From positions 1-37,014 of the IMG/VR virus record IMGVR_UViG_3300033183_000049: a stretch of 37,014 bases of DNA; one strand, given 5' to 3'. Under the pieces are notes generated by a model. It saw nothing but the letters and a program-made list of their open reading frames with translations. It was not told the DNA's origin and ran no database searches. Positions 7,986 through 17,455 of the stretch are shown here, in pieces. Made by a program: the position numbers and the translations under genes. The first letter of the stretch is position 1; each line of letters opens with the position of its first letter. This stretch comes from a virus.

Positions 7986-8848
7986 TGGCTATGGATTTGA
8001 GTACACTAGGTGGCTTAGGTTTATTATATGGGGCATACAAGACACAAAAAGATGCGTTGTCTGATTATGCTAAAGGTGTTGGCGCATCTACTGAAGCTGC
8101 AATGAGCAGGTATATGCCTAACTTAGAATTTAAACCATTTACTGTAACAACTACAACAGGTGCTACATCTGGTTATGGTGCTGATGGTTTAAAAATGACA
8201 GCTTCTCCACAAGAACAAGCACTACAAAATCAGTTGTTTCAACAAGCACAACAACAATATGGTATTGCAGGTCAAGATATTGGAGGACGTACGCAAGATA
8301 TCTACGGGATGATGCGAGCTGCACAAACCCCCCAAGAAGAACGTGACCGTCTTGCTATGGAGGAACGTTTGGCTGCACAAGGTCGTCTTGGTGTACAAAC
8401 TGCACAATACGGTGGTACTCCCGAACAACTAGCATTTGCTAAAGCTCAACAAGAAGCACAGAATCAAGCTTACCTTGGTGCTAGACAAGCTGCTTTAGGT
8501 GAGCAACTTCAAGCAGCTAAATTGGGTGGTAGTATGTTTACTGAGGCTTACTTACCTCAAGCACAAATGCTTAATGCCTATCAGCAAGGATTATCAGGTG
8601 CTCAGCTTGAACAGCAAGCACGTCAGCAATATGGACTGTCTGGTCTTGAAACTTCGTTGTCTGCAGAAGATGCAAGACTACAAGCTATGCTTGGTCAAGC
8701 TAATCTAACTGGTGGTGCTTTGACTGGATTAGCAAATGTTGTTATGCCACAAATTAATCCACAAACAGGGCAGCCAATTGCAAATACAGGATTGTTTGGC
8801 AGCTATACCTTAAGCGATTTGTATAACGACATTAAGAGTTGGATTTAA
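7985..8848 (+). CDS. Gln/Ala-rich putative internal virion (ejection) protein (287 aa)
   Basis: TAATG overlap. The composition is Q/A/G-rich and helical. Its position matches T7 gp13/14-type genes between the tail tube and the large internal protein. Confidence 0.45.
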   Translation: MAMDLSTLGGLGLLYGAYKTQKDALSDYAKGVGASTEAAMSRYMPNLEFKPFTVTTTTGATSGYGADGLKMTASPQEQALQNQLFQQAQQQYGIAGQDIGGRTQDIYGMMRAAQTPQEERDRLAMEERLAAQGRLGVQTAQYGGTPEQLAFAKAQQEAQNQAYLGARQAALGEQLQAAKLGGSMFTEAYLPQAQMLNAYQQGLSGAQLEQQARQQYGLSGLETSLSAEDARLQAMLGQANLTGGALTGLANVVMPQINPQTGQPIANTGLFGSYTLSDLYNDIKSWI

Positions 8849-8859
8849 GGAGAACAGTT

Positions 8860-9771
8860 ATGGCGTTTAATAGAAGTATAGGTATGCTATCAGGTGACCC
8901 ACGGTATGACTTAGGTGCTCCTACAACATCAATGCAAGTAGGTCAACAACTAGGTAGTATGTTTGGTCGTGGTTTAGGCATAGCTGCGGGACGTGATGTA
9001 CGCAGTGCTGAGCAGATACAAAAAGCAGCTACAGGTGAAGCAGTTCAAAAAGCATTAGCGTCTAATGACCCTGCTCAAGTCAGAGCTATAGCAGGTCAAT
9101 TGGCTAGTGTTGATTCTACGTTGTCTTTAAAACTTCTTGATATTGCTAAGAAGATGGAAAGCGATAAAGCTGAAGCTGACAAAATTAATGCAAGACAATC
9201 TGTCATTTTAAATTCAGTTCAAGCAAGTGACTTAGATAATAAAGAAAAAGCAGAGTTAATGAAACTGTATGCTACTGGTGCAATCAATGAAGAAGAGGTT
9301 TTGAAGCGTACGGGTTTTATTAAACAAGAGGGTAAAGGCTTTACGCTAAGCCCCGGTGAGGTTCGTTATGACGCTGAAGCTAATGTCATTGCTGAGGGGA
9401 AGCCAAAAGAAAAAGAACCTAGAATTGTGTCACAACCTTCTGTTAGTAAACGTGATGTTGAAACTTTAAACACAATCATTAAAGATAATCCTGATTTAGA
9501 AAAAGAATTTACATCTGAAGGAATTTTCTTTGATAGTTTTGATAGCGAAAAAGTTAAAGCTAAAGCTGCTGACATCTACTTAGAACAGAAAACTAATGGT
9601 GGTACTTTAGCAGATGCGGCTCGTCGTGTATTAGGTAAAACAACATCTTCTTCTACTTCTAAAGCTGAAGATGATTTCTTAGCTACTTTAAATTCACAAG
9701 AAAAAGATGCTTATTTAAATAAAATGTCAGAAAGTGAAAAAGCAGCAGCACGTAAGGAAAGAGGATTTTAA
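8860..9771 (+). CDS. Putative internal virion protein (303 aa)
   Basis: The ORF-track start at 8839 is TTG. ATG 8860 is preceded by AAGGAGAA (8847-8854). The protein is Lys/Glu-rich and helical. The function call is positional only. Confidence 0.45.
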   Translation: MAFNRSIGMLSGDPRYDLGAPTTSMQVGQQLGSMFGRGLGIAAGRDVRSAEQIQKAATGEAVQKALASNDPAQVRAIAGQLASVDSTLSLKLLDIAKKMESDKAEADKINARQSVILNSVQASDLDNKEKAELMKLYATGAINEEEVLKRTGFIKQEGKGFTLSPGEVRYDAEANVIAEGKPKEKEPRIVSQPSVSKRDVETLNTIIKDNPDLEKEFTSEGIFFDSFDSEKVKAKAADIYLEQKTNGGTLADAARRVLGKTTSSSTSKAEDDFLATLNSQEKDAYLNKMSESEKAAARKERGF

Positions 9772-9773
9772 TA

Positions 9774-12527
9774 ATGCCTTCAGTGTTTGATAAGTATATA
9801 GAACCACAAACAACACAGGATACTACTAACGATAATGTAGAAGTATCTTCTGCTTCTATGTCTGACAAACAAGAAAGTGTATTTAATAAATATGTAGATT
9901 CTTCTCCTTCTGTGTTTGATAAGTATGTTAAAAGTGAACAGTCTGCTTGGGATGAGTTTACATACGCTTTTAAAAAACAAGACAACATAACTACACTGGC
10001 CTCTGATATTTTAGAATCTTACTTTCCATTAGGCGATATAGATTTTAATCTTGACAGCGGTTTTGATTACATCTCTCCAACTGAAAAGTATGGAGAAGAT
10101 TATATATCAGCATCTCCTGAACAACGTCGTGACATGATTGCACAGCGTCGTCTTACTAACTTAGCTGAGGAGTACGGTGTTGACTTTCAACCTGGCGACG
10201 GTGCAGCTAATATGCTAGGTAGTTTTGCAGGTGCGGTAGCTGACCCAGCTTCATTGATTCCTGTCGGTGCAACTATGAAGACAGCAATCCCTGCTTTGGC
10301 AGGACTAGGCGGCGGGTTTAGTGTCTTGGAAGACGTAGCTAAAAATGAAGAAGTTGACCCTGCAAAAGCTGCTACTTATGCTGCAACCTCTGCAATAGGT
10401 GGGGCTGCTTTAATGGGAGGGGCTAAAGCTGTAGGAGTGGCTGCTTCTAAAATATCTGATAAAGCTGCTAAAGGTCTTACAGAAAAGGCTCAAAAGATTA
10501 TTGATGCTCCTGCTCCTGAAGGCATAGCAACTACTGATATTGTAGGTAAGTTACGTGCAGCAGGAATGAATGATAAGCAAATATTAAAAGTAGAACAAGC
10601 GTATCAGCGTCTTGGCACTAAGCCTAAACTTCGTATGGCTTCAAATGCTGAGAAAGAGTTTGATGATTTAATTACTAAGCATTCTGCCGTTGCACGTTCT
10701 AAAGACAAGACCATTGACAAACTTCTTGGTAGTATGTCTACACGTTTAAAGGAACTAGACGAAGGTATTTTTGGTCGCGCTCAAAAGTTTGAGTTTGATA
10801 CTAAAGTTAAAACTAGTAAGTATTTGAACATCGCTGAAGGTTTTACTAAGAAATTCAACAAACTTCCTGAGCCTATGCGTCAACGTATTGGTTTCTTTTT
10901 ATCTAATGGTGAGTTTAAAGCTGCTGAATCCGTCATGTTAAAACACGACCCTGAGTTAGCGTCTTCTTTCCAAGGTATTAAAGATGTTGTAGATACATTG
11001 GGTAGAGAACTTCAAGAAGCAGGACATACGTTTGAACTTATGGAAAACTATTTCCCACGTCTTATCAAAGATAAGCTTGGGTTGTGGGAATCGCTAGGTA
11101 AAGAAGAACGTAGTGCTATTGACCAAGCTATTGTTGAATACGCTAAGAAGCAGAAAATAAAAGCAGAAAACGTACCAGAAGAAATGCAAATTAAAATAGC
11201 TAATCAAGTATTGAGAGGTTATCGCATTACTGTTGATGGTCATAAACCTAGCTTTGTAAAAGACCGTAAGCTACAGCGTCTAACTCCAGAGCAATTTAAA
11301 ACATTCTATGCAGACCCTGCCGAAGCCTTGCATAAATATATTAGCGGTGCTGTTAATGATATTGAAAGACGTAAGTTTTTTGGACGGTCTGGTGTTGATG
11401 ACGACGTCGTAAGCTCTATTGGTAAGTTAGTTAAGGATGCTAATCTATCTCCAGAAAAAGAAGCACAGCTTGCTGACATCCTTACAGCTAGGTTTGTAGG
11501 TGGTGAAGCCAGTCCTCACGCTGCTATACGTACTTTACGTGAGCTTGGGTATATGGGCACTATTGCTAACCCGTTCACTGCTATTAAACAGCTTGGTGAT
11601 TTAGCAAACTCCGCAGCTCTTAATGGGTTTAGGAATACAATCTCCGCAATGTTTAAAGCAGATGCAAAAGAAGCAAGGCTGATAGATTTAGGATTGGATA
11701 ATACAATACTGCATGAGATTGTACAAGACCGTGGTAAATTAGCTACTACTCTTGATACAATGTTAAAAGGTACAGGCGTTCAAAGAATTGATAGGTTTGG
11801 TAAAGAAACTTATATCAACGCAGCTTTACAAAGACTACGCAGTCAAGCAAAATCTTCTAAAGGTATTGATAAAATACGTGAGAAGTGGGGCGGTGTATAT
11901 GGTGATGAGTTTGATGTGCTTGTTAAAGACATTCAATCAGGACAAATGACACCTTTGGTCAAGCAACATTTGTTTGCAGAGCTTGCAGAAGTACAGCCAA
12001 TAACAATGTTGGAACAACCAGAAGCATTTGCTGCTAATCCTAATGCTCGTATTATGTATATGCTAAAATCCTTTACATTAAAGCAATGGGATATAGTACG
12101 TAAAAACATTATACAAGAATGGCAAAAAGGTAATAAGAAAGAAGCTGCTGCAAAGGCCGCTATAATGGCAGGTTATTTGACTACTGCCAACGTAGCGACA
12201 CAAACTGTAACAGATTTAATGCTTGGCCGTGAAGTTAAACCAGACGATTTACCGACTAAAGCAATGTGGGCATTAACTGGTGTATATGGTTTTGGTCAGT
12301 ATTCAACAGAACGTTATCTATCACGTGGTGATGTTAAAGGTTTTGTAATGAATGTTATAACCCCTGCTACTCCAGTGATTGATGCTGCTTTTGCAGGGGT
12401 TACAGAACCATTCAAAGAAGACCCTAACTATGGTAAAGTTGTTAAAGGAGTTCCAGGAGTAGGTAACTTTATTTACAGTTGGTTTATGGGAGGAGCTGAA
12501 AAATATAATGAAAGGCAAAACGACTAA
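9774..12527 (+). CDS. Large internal virion / ejection protein candidate (917 aa)
   Basis: It is the last and second-largest gene of the late arm, positioned like T7 gp16. The N-terminus carries three SVF[DN]KY[IV] motifs. I did not recognise a transglycosylase motif. Confidence 0.5.
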   Translation: MPSVFDKYIEPQTTQDTTNDNVEVSSASMSDKQESVFNKYVDSSPSVFDKYVKSEQSAWDEFTYAFKKQDNITTLASDILESYFPLGDIDFNLDSGFDYISPTEKYGEDYISASPEQRRDMIAQRRLTNLAEEYGVDFQPGDGAANMLGSFAGAVADPASLIPVGATMKTAIPALAGLGGGFSVLEDVAKNEEVDPAKAATYAATSAIGGAALMGGAKAVGVAASKISDKAAKGLTEKAQKIIDAPAPEGIATTDIVGKLRAAGMNDKQILKVEQAYQRLGTKPKLRMASNAEKEFDDLITKHSAVARSKDKTIDKLLGSMSTRLKELDEGIFGRAQKFEFDTKVKTSKYLNIAEGFTKKFNKLPEPMRQRIGFFLSNGEFKAAESVMLKHDPELASSFQGIKDVVDTLGRELQEAGHTFELMENYFPRLIKDKLGLWESLGKEERSAIDQAIVEYAKKQKIKAENVPEEMQIKIANQVLRGYRITVDGHKPSFVKDRKLQRLTPEQFKTFYADPAEALHKYISGAVNDIERRKFFGRSGVDDDVVSSIGKLVKDANLSPEKEAQLADILTARFVGGEASPHAAIRTLRELGYMGTIANPFTAIKQLGDLANSAALNGFRNTISAMFKADAKEARLIDLGLDNTILHEIVQDRGKLATTLDTMLKGTGVQRIDRFGKETYINAALQRLRSQAKSSKGIDKIREKWGGVYGDEFDVLVKDIQSGQMTPLVKQHLFAELAEVQPITMLEQPEAFAANPNARIMYMLKSFTLKQWDIVRKNIIQEWQKGNKKEAAAKAAIMAGYLTTANVATQTVTDLMLGREVKPDDLPTKAMWALTGVYGFGQYSTERYLSRGDVKGFVMNVITPATPVIDAAFAGVTEPFKEDPNYGKVVKGVPGVGNFIYSWFMGGAEKYNERQND

Positions 12528-12537
12528 GTAAAATAAA

Positions 12538-12563
12538 GGGGACAACTAAGTCCCCATTTTTTA
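12538..12563. terminator. Bidirectional intrinsic terminator at the convergence of the two arms
   Basis: Stem GGGGAC (12538-43), loop AACTAA, stem GTCCCC (12550-55), then ATTTTTTAT. The upstream AAAATAAA provides a T-run on the other strand. It lies between the stops at 12527 (+) and 12566 (-). Confidence 0.8.
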
Positions 12564-12565
12564 TG

Positions 12566-14434
12566 TTAGATTTCGCAAGCTCCGCCAGTACACGCTAAGG
12601 TCTGAGCACCTTCAGTATTGTCCTCCTGTTCATTGATGTCCCAGTTAAACTCTTGAGGCATCGTCTTAAGCCCCTCTAGGTACTCTTCCTCCGTAATGGC
12701 CTCATAAGGTGCTTGCTGATACGTATGGTCACTGTACGGCAAGAAGCTAACCCCTGAGCAACTATCAAAGTTATTGTATAACCACTGACCAATACTAAGA
12801 AACTCAGAGTCACGATAGTAAACAGTAATACTTGGCTTATGTTCACACCAATGTTTCTGATACATATCCCACAGCTCAAGCTGCTCCATACCCGTTTGAT
12901 TACCTGCAATGATTGCTCCTTCAGGTGACTTCTTGTAGAAGCTAAACACCTTGGTTGTTGGTGACGTAATATCTACTTCCCAAGGTACTCCTGCTTGCTC
13001 CAAGACAGCGCACAGAGGGTCACGAGAATCAGCGCGAACTCTACGGATGTAATGCGGAGCAAATCGCCCATGGATGCCTGAGGCAGAATCAACCAATTGT
13101 GAAACAGTGCCGCTAGGCTTAACGCAAGTGATGGCAGCAGATTGATTGATACCAAGTCGATTAGCCCATTCAGCATTTGTTTTAATTGCAACATCTTTTA
13201 AGTCCTCTAGTAGTTGTGGTAACTTAGGATTAGTCAAGTCCGACATAATCTTATTGTCTAGAATACCAGTTAAGGATACTCCCAAAAGAGCTTCCTCTTC
13301 CGTGTTGTCCTTCCACTTCTTACGTAGGTAACGGAAGTCCGTTAGAGTTGCTTGGAGAGTTCCCAAGATAGCCGCAAGTCGAACTTTCCGTTTGAGGTCA
13401 TCAACTCCATCTCCTGCTCTGACGACAACTTCTGAGAGGTTACAGAACTGGTTAGGACGGAGTATGATTTCGGAGCATGGGTTAGTTCCAAAATCCCATT
13501 CAGAATCACGTCTTCCATTCTTTGCAGCCTGTTTCTGACTAGCGACTCGGCTGAACATTCCTCGCTCTCCTGAGCGTGACTCATATAAACTTCTCCATTC
13601 TTCTAGGAAAGCCTCGAAGTCAGGCTTCTCCGTGTAACAAGCACTATTGTTTGCTAAGCCACGATGAGGTGTCTCTACCCACCATTGTCCATGTTTGGCT
13701 CTACGTATGCGGTCGTCAGTAAGGTTACTTAAGCTGATGAGTGCAGAGCGTCTAACGCCTCCAACAACGACAATCTGAGCAATCTTACAGCAGAGGTCGT
13801 GGCACTCAATTGATGACAGCTTACGTCCTTTTGCGTTTCTAAAGACATCAACTGTAAATCTAAACAAATCCACAAGCGGTTCACTTCCTGATGCTCGGCC
13901 ACCAAACGTTTTAAGAGGAGCTCCTGCGGGACGCACACCTGAGACGTCCCATGTTGGTACGTGCCCTGAATACAACAGGGAGATGAGTTCTCTATAGGCT
14001 TTAGCCCATCCGATCTTACTGTCAACGACATGGATTACTGTCTCCGTTGGGTGCATATCCTCAGCCACTTCCGGCAACTTGCTTACGTACTGGCGTTCCA
14101 CTGAGAAGCCCACGCCAGTGCCACACATAAGTACGTACATCATCTCGTCAAAGGCACGTGGGTGGTCAATGGGCATATAACTACAGTTAAACCCTGCTAC
14201 GTTGTCTCGGTCTAGGGCTTCACCTGCGGTCATCAACGCTCGCATAGAGGGCATTACCTCGTGCTTATGGATAGCATTGAACAACTCCGTAGCTTCATCA
14301 TCGTTTATTTTACCTTGGTCTTGAAAGTAATTAACGTAACGTAATACTGTCTCTTCCCAATTCTCCCTACGATTCTCTTTAGGTAAGTAACGAGCATAAC
14401 GTGACTTGTGTATGTATTCCTGATAGCTATCCAT
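12566..14434 (-). CDS. nrdJ: Ribonucleotide reductase, class II-like (622 aa)
   Basis: It has the catalytic-loop motif TNPCSEIILRPNQFCNLSEV and a C-terminal redox Cys pair (CTGGACEI). No beta-subunit-sized gene exists anywhere in the genome, which favours the B12-dependent class II. The class assignment is an inference. Confidence 0.85.
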   Translation of the reverse strand: MDSYQEYIHKSRYARYLPKENRRENWEETVLRYVNYFQDQGKINDDEATELFNAIHKHEVMPSMRALMTAGEALDRDNVAGFNCSYMPIDHPRAFDEMMYVLMCGTGVGFSVERQYVSKLPEVAEDMHPTETVIHVVDSKIGWAKAYRELISLLYSGHVPTWDVSGVRPAGAPLKTFGGRASGSEPLVDLFRFTVDVFRNAKGRKLSSIECHDLCCKIAQIVVVGGVRRSALISLSNLTDDRIRRAKHGQWWVETPHRGLANNSACYTEKPDFEAFLEEWRSLYESRSGERGMFSRVASQKQAAKNGRRDSEWDFGTNPCSEIILRPNQFCNLSEVVVRAGDGVDDLKRKVRLAAILGTLQATLTDFRYLRKKWKDNTEEEALLGVSLTGILDNKIMSDLTNPKLPQLLEDLKDVAIKTNAEWANRLGINQSAAITCVKPSGTVSQLVDSASGIHGRFAPHYIRRVRADSRDPLCAVLEQAGVPWEVDITSPTTKVFSFYKKSPEGAIIAGNQTGMEQLELWDMYQKHWCEHKPSITVYYRDSEFLSIGQWLYNNFDSCSGVSFLPYSDHTYQQAPYEAITEEEYLEGLKTMPQEFNWDINEQEDNTEGAQTLACTGGACEI

Positions 14435-14685
14435 TAGTGCATTGTCTCCTCTTTGAATGAGTATGGGTTCATAATTAAGTTTAGCTTAGCTGCCTCCATG
14501 AGGAACACTGCGTCAGCTACCGTGGTGTCCGTAGAGATAAGAATCTCATCGTCACCAACGTCAAGCAATAGGATGAAGTTACCCTTGGTCTCCTCGTCTA
14601 TCATCCCTGCCAAAGACATCATAATCTTTTCAGCTAAAGATATTTCTTCAGCTTCTTCCTTCTTTTTAAAGTCAACGACTTTCAT
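14434..14685 (-). CDS. Hypothetical acidic protein (83 aa)
   Basis: ATG start, with TAATG overlaps to both neighbours. No recognisable motif. Confidence 0.6.
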   Translation of the reverse strand: MKVVDFKKKEEAEEISLAEKIMMSLAGMIDEETKGNFILLLDVGDDEILISTDTTVADAVFLMEAAKLNLIMNPYSFKEETMH

Positions 14686-15029
14686 TAGCGTTCTCCTCCG
14701 TCACCCTTTAGCACTCCACGTTCAGCACGGGACTCTAGTTTACGTAAGTTATAACGTGCTACGTTGTCCAAAGACAAACCACACTCGTCTAAAATTGCCA
14801 CTAAGTTCCATAGGACGTCTCCTGCTTCCGACATAACCTTGTCTCGGTCAATGGGCTTGTCGTCTCCTCGCAACCATGGTTTGACAAAGAGGTCTGCGAG
14901 TTCCGCTGACTCCACCATGAGAGACGCGACTGGGTAGAACTTCTCCTGATAGACCGCAGTTTTTGATGCTTGTATTTGGTATTCATTTAGTGTCATTTGT
15001 CTTTTACCTGTCTCTTCAATTACTTTCAT
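14685..15029 (-). CDS. mazG: MazG-like nucleotide pyrophosphohydrolase
   Basis: Motifs seen: MTLNEYQ...TAVY, ESAELADL, EAGDVLWNLVAILDECGLSLDNVARYNLRKL..R. The ORF-track start at 15035 is TTG. ATG 15029 or ATG 14996 (MTLNEYQ) are alternatives, so the start is uncertain. Confidence 0.8.
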   Translation of the reverse strand: MKVIEETGKRQMTLNEYQIQASKTAVYQEKFYPVASLMVESAELADLFVKPWLRGDDKPIDRDKVMSEAGDVLWNLVAILDECGLSLDNVARYNLRKLESRAERGVLKGDGGER

Positions 15030-15228
15030 CTTCAAAGTTAGTTAGCCATCGTGCTTCTTCATCACCATCCATTAGGACAAGTCCATTATCCATAGCATCA
15101 AAGTAACACCCTTCACAGTAGTGGACATAAGAGATGGCACGTCTACTAAAGGCATCGTAGTCTTTGATAGCCGCATCACAAGCATAGTCTATGTCGTGTA
15201 TCTCATGTCCACAGGATAGCTTAATCAT
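15016..15228 (-). CDS. Hypothetical Cys/His-rich protein (70 aa)
   Basis: ATG start with an ATGA overlap to the upstream gene. CGHEIH...C...YCEGC suggests metal binding. Confidence 0.55.
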   Translation of the reverse strand: MIKLSCGHEIHDIDYACDAAIKDYDAFSRRAISYVHYCEGCYFDAMDNGLVLMDGDEEARWLTNFEDESN

Positions 15229-15452
15229 ACTGCCCTATCTCCTGTTAGAGTCTTGTCGTACTCCAAAGCACTTGCCTTCTCTTCCCAGTATTTAAGGTCA
15301 GACAATGCTTGCTCTAAGCACTCGTTCAATTCATCAATACGTTCTTGTTGATGATTCCATGCGGCACTAGCAATCTTAATCAAGTACTCTTGGTCTACTT
15401 CATCCTCATCATGCCAGTACATATAGCCGTCATACCATGTTTCAAATGTCAT
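15225..15452 (-). CDS. Hypothetical protein (75 aa)
   Basis: The ORF-track start at 15455 is GTG. The adjacent ATG 15452 is preceded by AAGGAG with a 7-nt spacer. Confidence 0.55.
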   Translation of the reverse strand: MTFETWYDGYMYWHDEDEVDQEYLIKIASAAWNHQQERIDELNECLEQALSDLKYWEEKASALEYDKTLTGDRAV

Positions 15453-15657
15453 CACTCTTCTCCTTCACCTCAGTGCAGTGCTTCATGATTAGGTCTTGAA
15501 GACAATATAAGCAGAAGTTACGGTCGAACGCCTTAGGTAAAGATACTCGTAATACGCTTGTGCCAATGTCGTTATGTATTGGACATACGTATTCAGTTTC
15601 CTTAGTCCATTTTAGTTCTGTGTGTTCAATCTCTATACTGTCCATAACTACACCCAT
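15442..15657 (-). CDS. Hypothetical Cys-rich protein (71 aa)
   Basis: ATG start with a TAATG overlap to the upstream gene. CPIH...CLYC motif. Confidence 0.55.
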   Translation of the reverse strand: MGVVMDSIEIEHTELKWTKETEYVCPIHNDIGTSVLRVSLPKAFDRNFCLYCLQDLIMKHCTEVKEKSDDI

Positions 15658-15980
15658 TAACGTCCATTACTACAATCCATCTTGTGTTGACCATTTGACA
15701 ACCCACACTGAGGACAAATGACAGGGTACTCACGCATCCTCTCTAGCTCACGTCCACGCTCAATACCTTCCTGTATTCCTGCATTACGTACAATTTCAAG
15801 GTCAGTCTCACAATACTCACGACCACGATTGTAGCCACACAGCTCACCATCTTCCCAACCCTCACGCCATCCAGCAGTGAAGGCATCTAGCATAATAGTC
15901 TCTAAATCAAGGGCATCGTTGATAAACCTATCAGTATTCCTGTAGGCTTCTACCCATTCTCTAGCTTGTACAAGTTTCAT
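15657..15980 (-). CDS. Hypothetical protein (107 aa)
   Basis: ATG start with a TAATG overlap. C-terminal CPQCG...H..DC zinc-knuckle-like motif. Confidence 0.55.
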   Translation of the reverse strand: MKLVQAREWVEAYRNTDRFINDALDLETIMLDAFTAGWREGWEDGELCGYNRGREYCETDLEIVRNAGIQEGIERGRELERMREYPVICPQCGLSNGQHKMDCSNGR

Positions 15981-16336
15981 TATTCATACCTCAAAAACTT
16001 ATTAAACTCTTTAAACAACTTCTGGAACTTAAGACCATACAACTGACTGAGATTCAGTAACATCTCAAGGTGCATACGCTTATTCTCTCCAGACTCCATA
16101 GCATCTGCTAGTAGTTGAAGGTCTTCAATGATACACCAACAAGACATGATAGCTTGCTCTAGTTCAAAGGGGTCATGTTCTTCTTGAGTATCAAAGATGC
16201 ATTCTTTGTTACATTCATCGTCTAACAGTTCAACTAGGGTCTTCTTACCAAAGATACGTTCCCAGTTACTCTCAAACTTATCTTGGTCAGCCCCTTTGCG
16301 AGAAGCCGAACCTTTGCCGCCATGCCATTTTGTCAT
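15980..16336 (-). CDS. Hypothetical protein (118 aa)
   Basis: ATG 16336 is preceded by GGAGAG. The N-terminal GGKGSASRKGADQDKFESNWERIFGKK resembles a small conserved phage protein type from memory. Confidence 0.6.
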   Translation of the reverse strand: MTKWHGGKGSASRKGADQDKFESNWERIFGKKTLVELLDDECNKECIFDTQEEHDPFELEQAIMSCWCIIEDLQLLADAMESGENKRMHLEMLLNLSQLYGLKFQKLFKEFNKFLRYE

Positions 16337-16475
16337 TCTTTACTCTCCATAACCAGTATCCATAGCCCCATCGGTTACATGGGTATGTCTTCAAACCTTT
16401 AGCGTCTGAACCTATAACTAACATTAGGTGCTTACGTTTACGCTCTGTTGTCTTTAGTTCCCATTTAAGGTTCAT
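16287..16475 (-). CDS. Possible small basic protein (62 aa)
   Basis: ATG 16475 overlaps the upstream stop (ATGA). The ORF overlaps the next gene by 50 nt and has no recognisable motif, so coding status is uncertain. Confidence 0.35.
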   Translation of the reverse strand: MNLKWELKTTERKRKHLMLVIGSDAKGLKTYPCNRWGYGYWLWRVKNDKMAWRQRFGFSQRG

Positions 16476-16798
16476 CACTCTTGCTCCTCAACCATACGCT
16501 GCAAGTACCACTGAGCTTTCTCCAGGTCTTCCTTCCCGTTCTTGTAACGCCACCGGTGTAGATACTTTAGAACATTCCCCTCACAGTACTCCACAAAACC
16601 CGTGCCAAGTTGTTGACGTATGTAGTTAATCGCTTCAATGCTGCCCTGGTTGTAATGCGGAGGTTTAACCACCATATCGTCAGCCATACCTCTATACCAA
16701 TCAGCTTCCTCTTCAAATATATTTTCGTCGATTGTTTTAACATAAGATTCTCGCAAGTTATTCCATTCTTCTGGTGTTGCATCATTCAATCTTTTCAT
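16475..16798 (-). CDS. DUF3310-like protein (107 aa)
   Basis: The ORF-track start at 16822 is TTG. ATG 16798 is preceded by GGAGGA. The motif KPPHYNQGSIEAINYI...GNVLKYLHRWRYKNGKEDLEKAQWYL matches my memory of the DUF3310 signature. Confidence 0.7.
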   Translation of the reverse strand: MKRLNDATPEEWNNLRESYVKTIDENIFEEEADWYRGMADDMVVKPPHYNQGSIEAINYIRQQLGTGFVEYCEGNVLKYLHRWRYKNGKEDLEKAQWYLQRMVEEQE

Positions 16799-16952
16799 AT
16801 AATTCCTCCAACTCTTCTTCAAGATAGTCTCGCTTATCTTCTATCTTATCTTGAAACTTGTCAACTATTTCTTCACTATTTATTTCCAATAGTTCAAGTA
16901 GTGACACTTCATCAATAAGAATAAGTCTATCACATAAATCTTCAAATGTCAT
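16782..16952 (-). CDS. Small acidic protein (56 aa), not in the ORF track
   Basis: I translated this by hand: MTFEDLCDRLILIDEVSLLELLEINSEEIVDKFQDKIEDKRDYLEEELEELYEKIE. ATG 16952 overlaps the upstream stop (ATGA). It fills an otherwise unexplained 126-nt gap. Confidence 0.6.
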   Translation of the reverse strand: MTFEDLCDRLILIDEVSLLELLEINSEEIVDKFQDKIEDKRDYLEEELEELYEKIE

Positions 16953-17455
16953 AAAACTTCCTCAAGAACTGCAGCAGCATCTGCAGGGTCGCATTTAAAC
17001 CATTCATTACATTGCTCAAACCTATTACCTAATTCTTTGTGCGCGGTCTTCTCTGCCTTTGTCCTGTTCTTTGTGCTGAATATAGTGAACAGTTTGTAGT
17101 CACGGTGTGGTGAGTATGTTTGGTAGCTAGGCAGTCTGCCGTTCTCCTCGGCTGACTTGCCAACCTTAACCCAACCATCCCAAGCATCGTTAATTATTAT
17201 ATATACATACCCTTGTTGATTGGTCTTGTAATTAGGTAGCTTGCTGAAGGCAGCTTCTTCAAAAGTTTTATATCTTCCTGGGGTATGGAGTGGATGTGAT
17301 TTAGATATGTAGTTTCCATTGACATACATACGTTCTTTGTTGTGAGAATCTCTACAAGCTATACAATATCCGTCATGTTTATCTACTTGTACGTTGTCTT
17401 TATAGAAAGCAATTAATTCTTTTGTTTGCTTGCATTTAATACATTGCTTATTCAT
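16949..17455 (-). CDS. T5orf172 / GIY-YIG-superfamily nuclease-like protein with N-terminal Cys4 finger (168 aa)
   Basis: N-terminal CIKCK...CIACR finger. The core GYVYIIINDAWDGWVKVGKS...RL.SYQTYSP...EWF matches the T5orf172 domain pattern as I remember it. Confidence 0.65.
   Translation of the reverse strand: MNKQCIKCKQTKELIAFYKDNVQVDKHDGYCIACRDSHNKERMYVNGNYISKSHPLHTPGRYKTFEEAAFSKLPNYKTNQQGYVYIIINDAWDGWVKVGKSAEENGRLPSYQTYSPHRDYKLFTIFSTKNRTKAEKTAHKELGNRFEQCNEWFKCDPADAAAVLEEVL

Noticed and set aside
16610-16918. 102-aa plus-strand ORF in the early region
   Set aside because: It is antisense to the DUF3310-like gene and to the hand-found 56-aa ORF. It conflicts with the uniformly minus-strand, translationally coupled operon.
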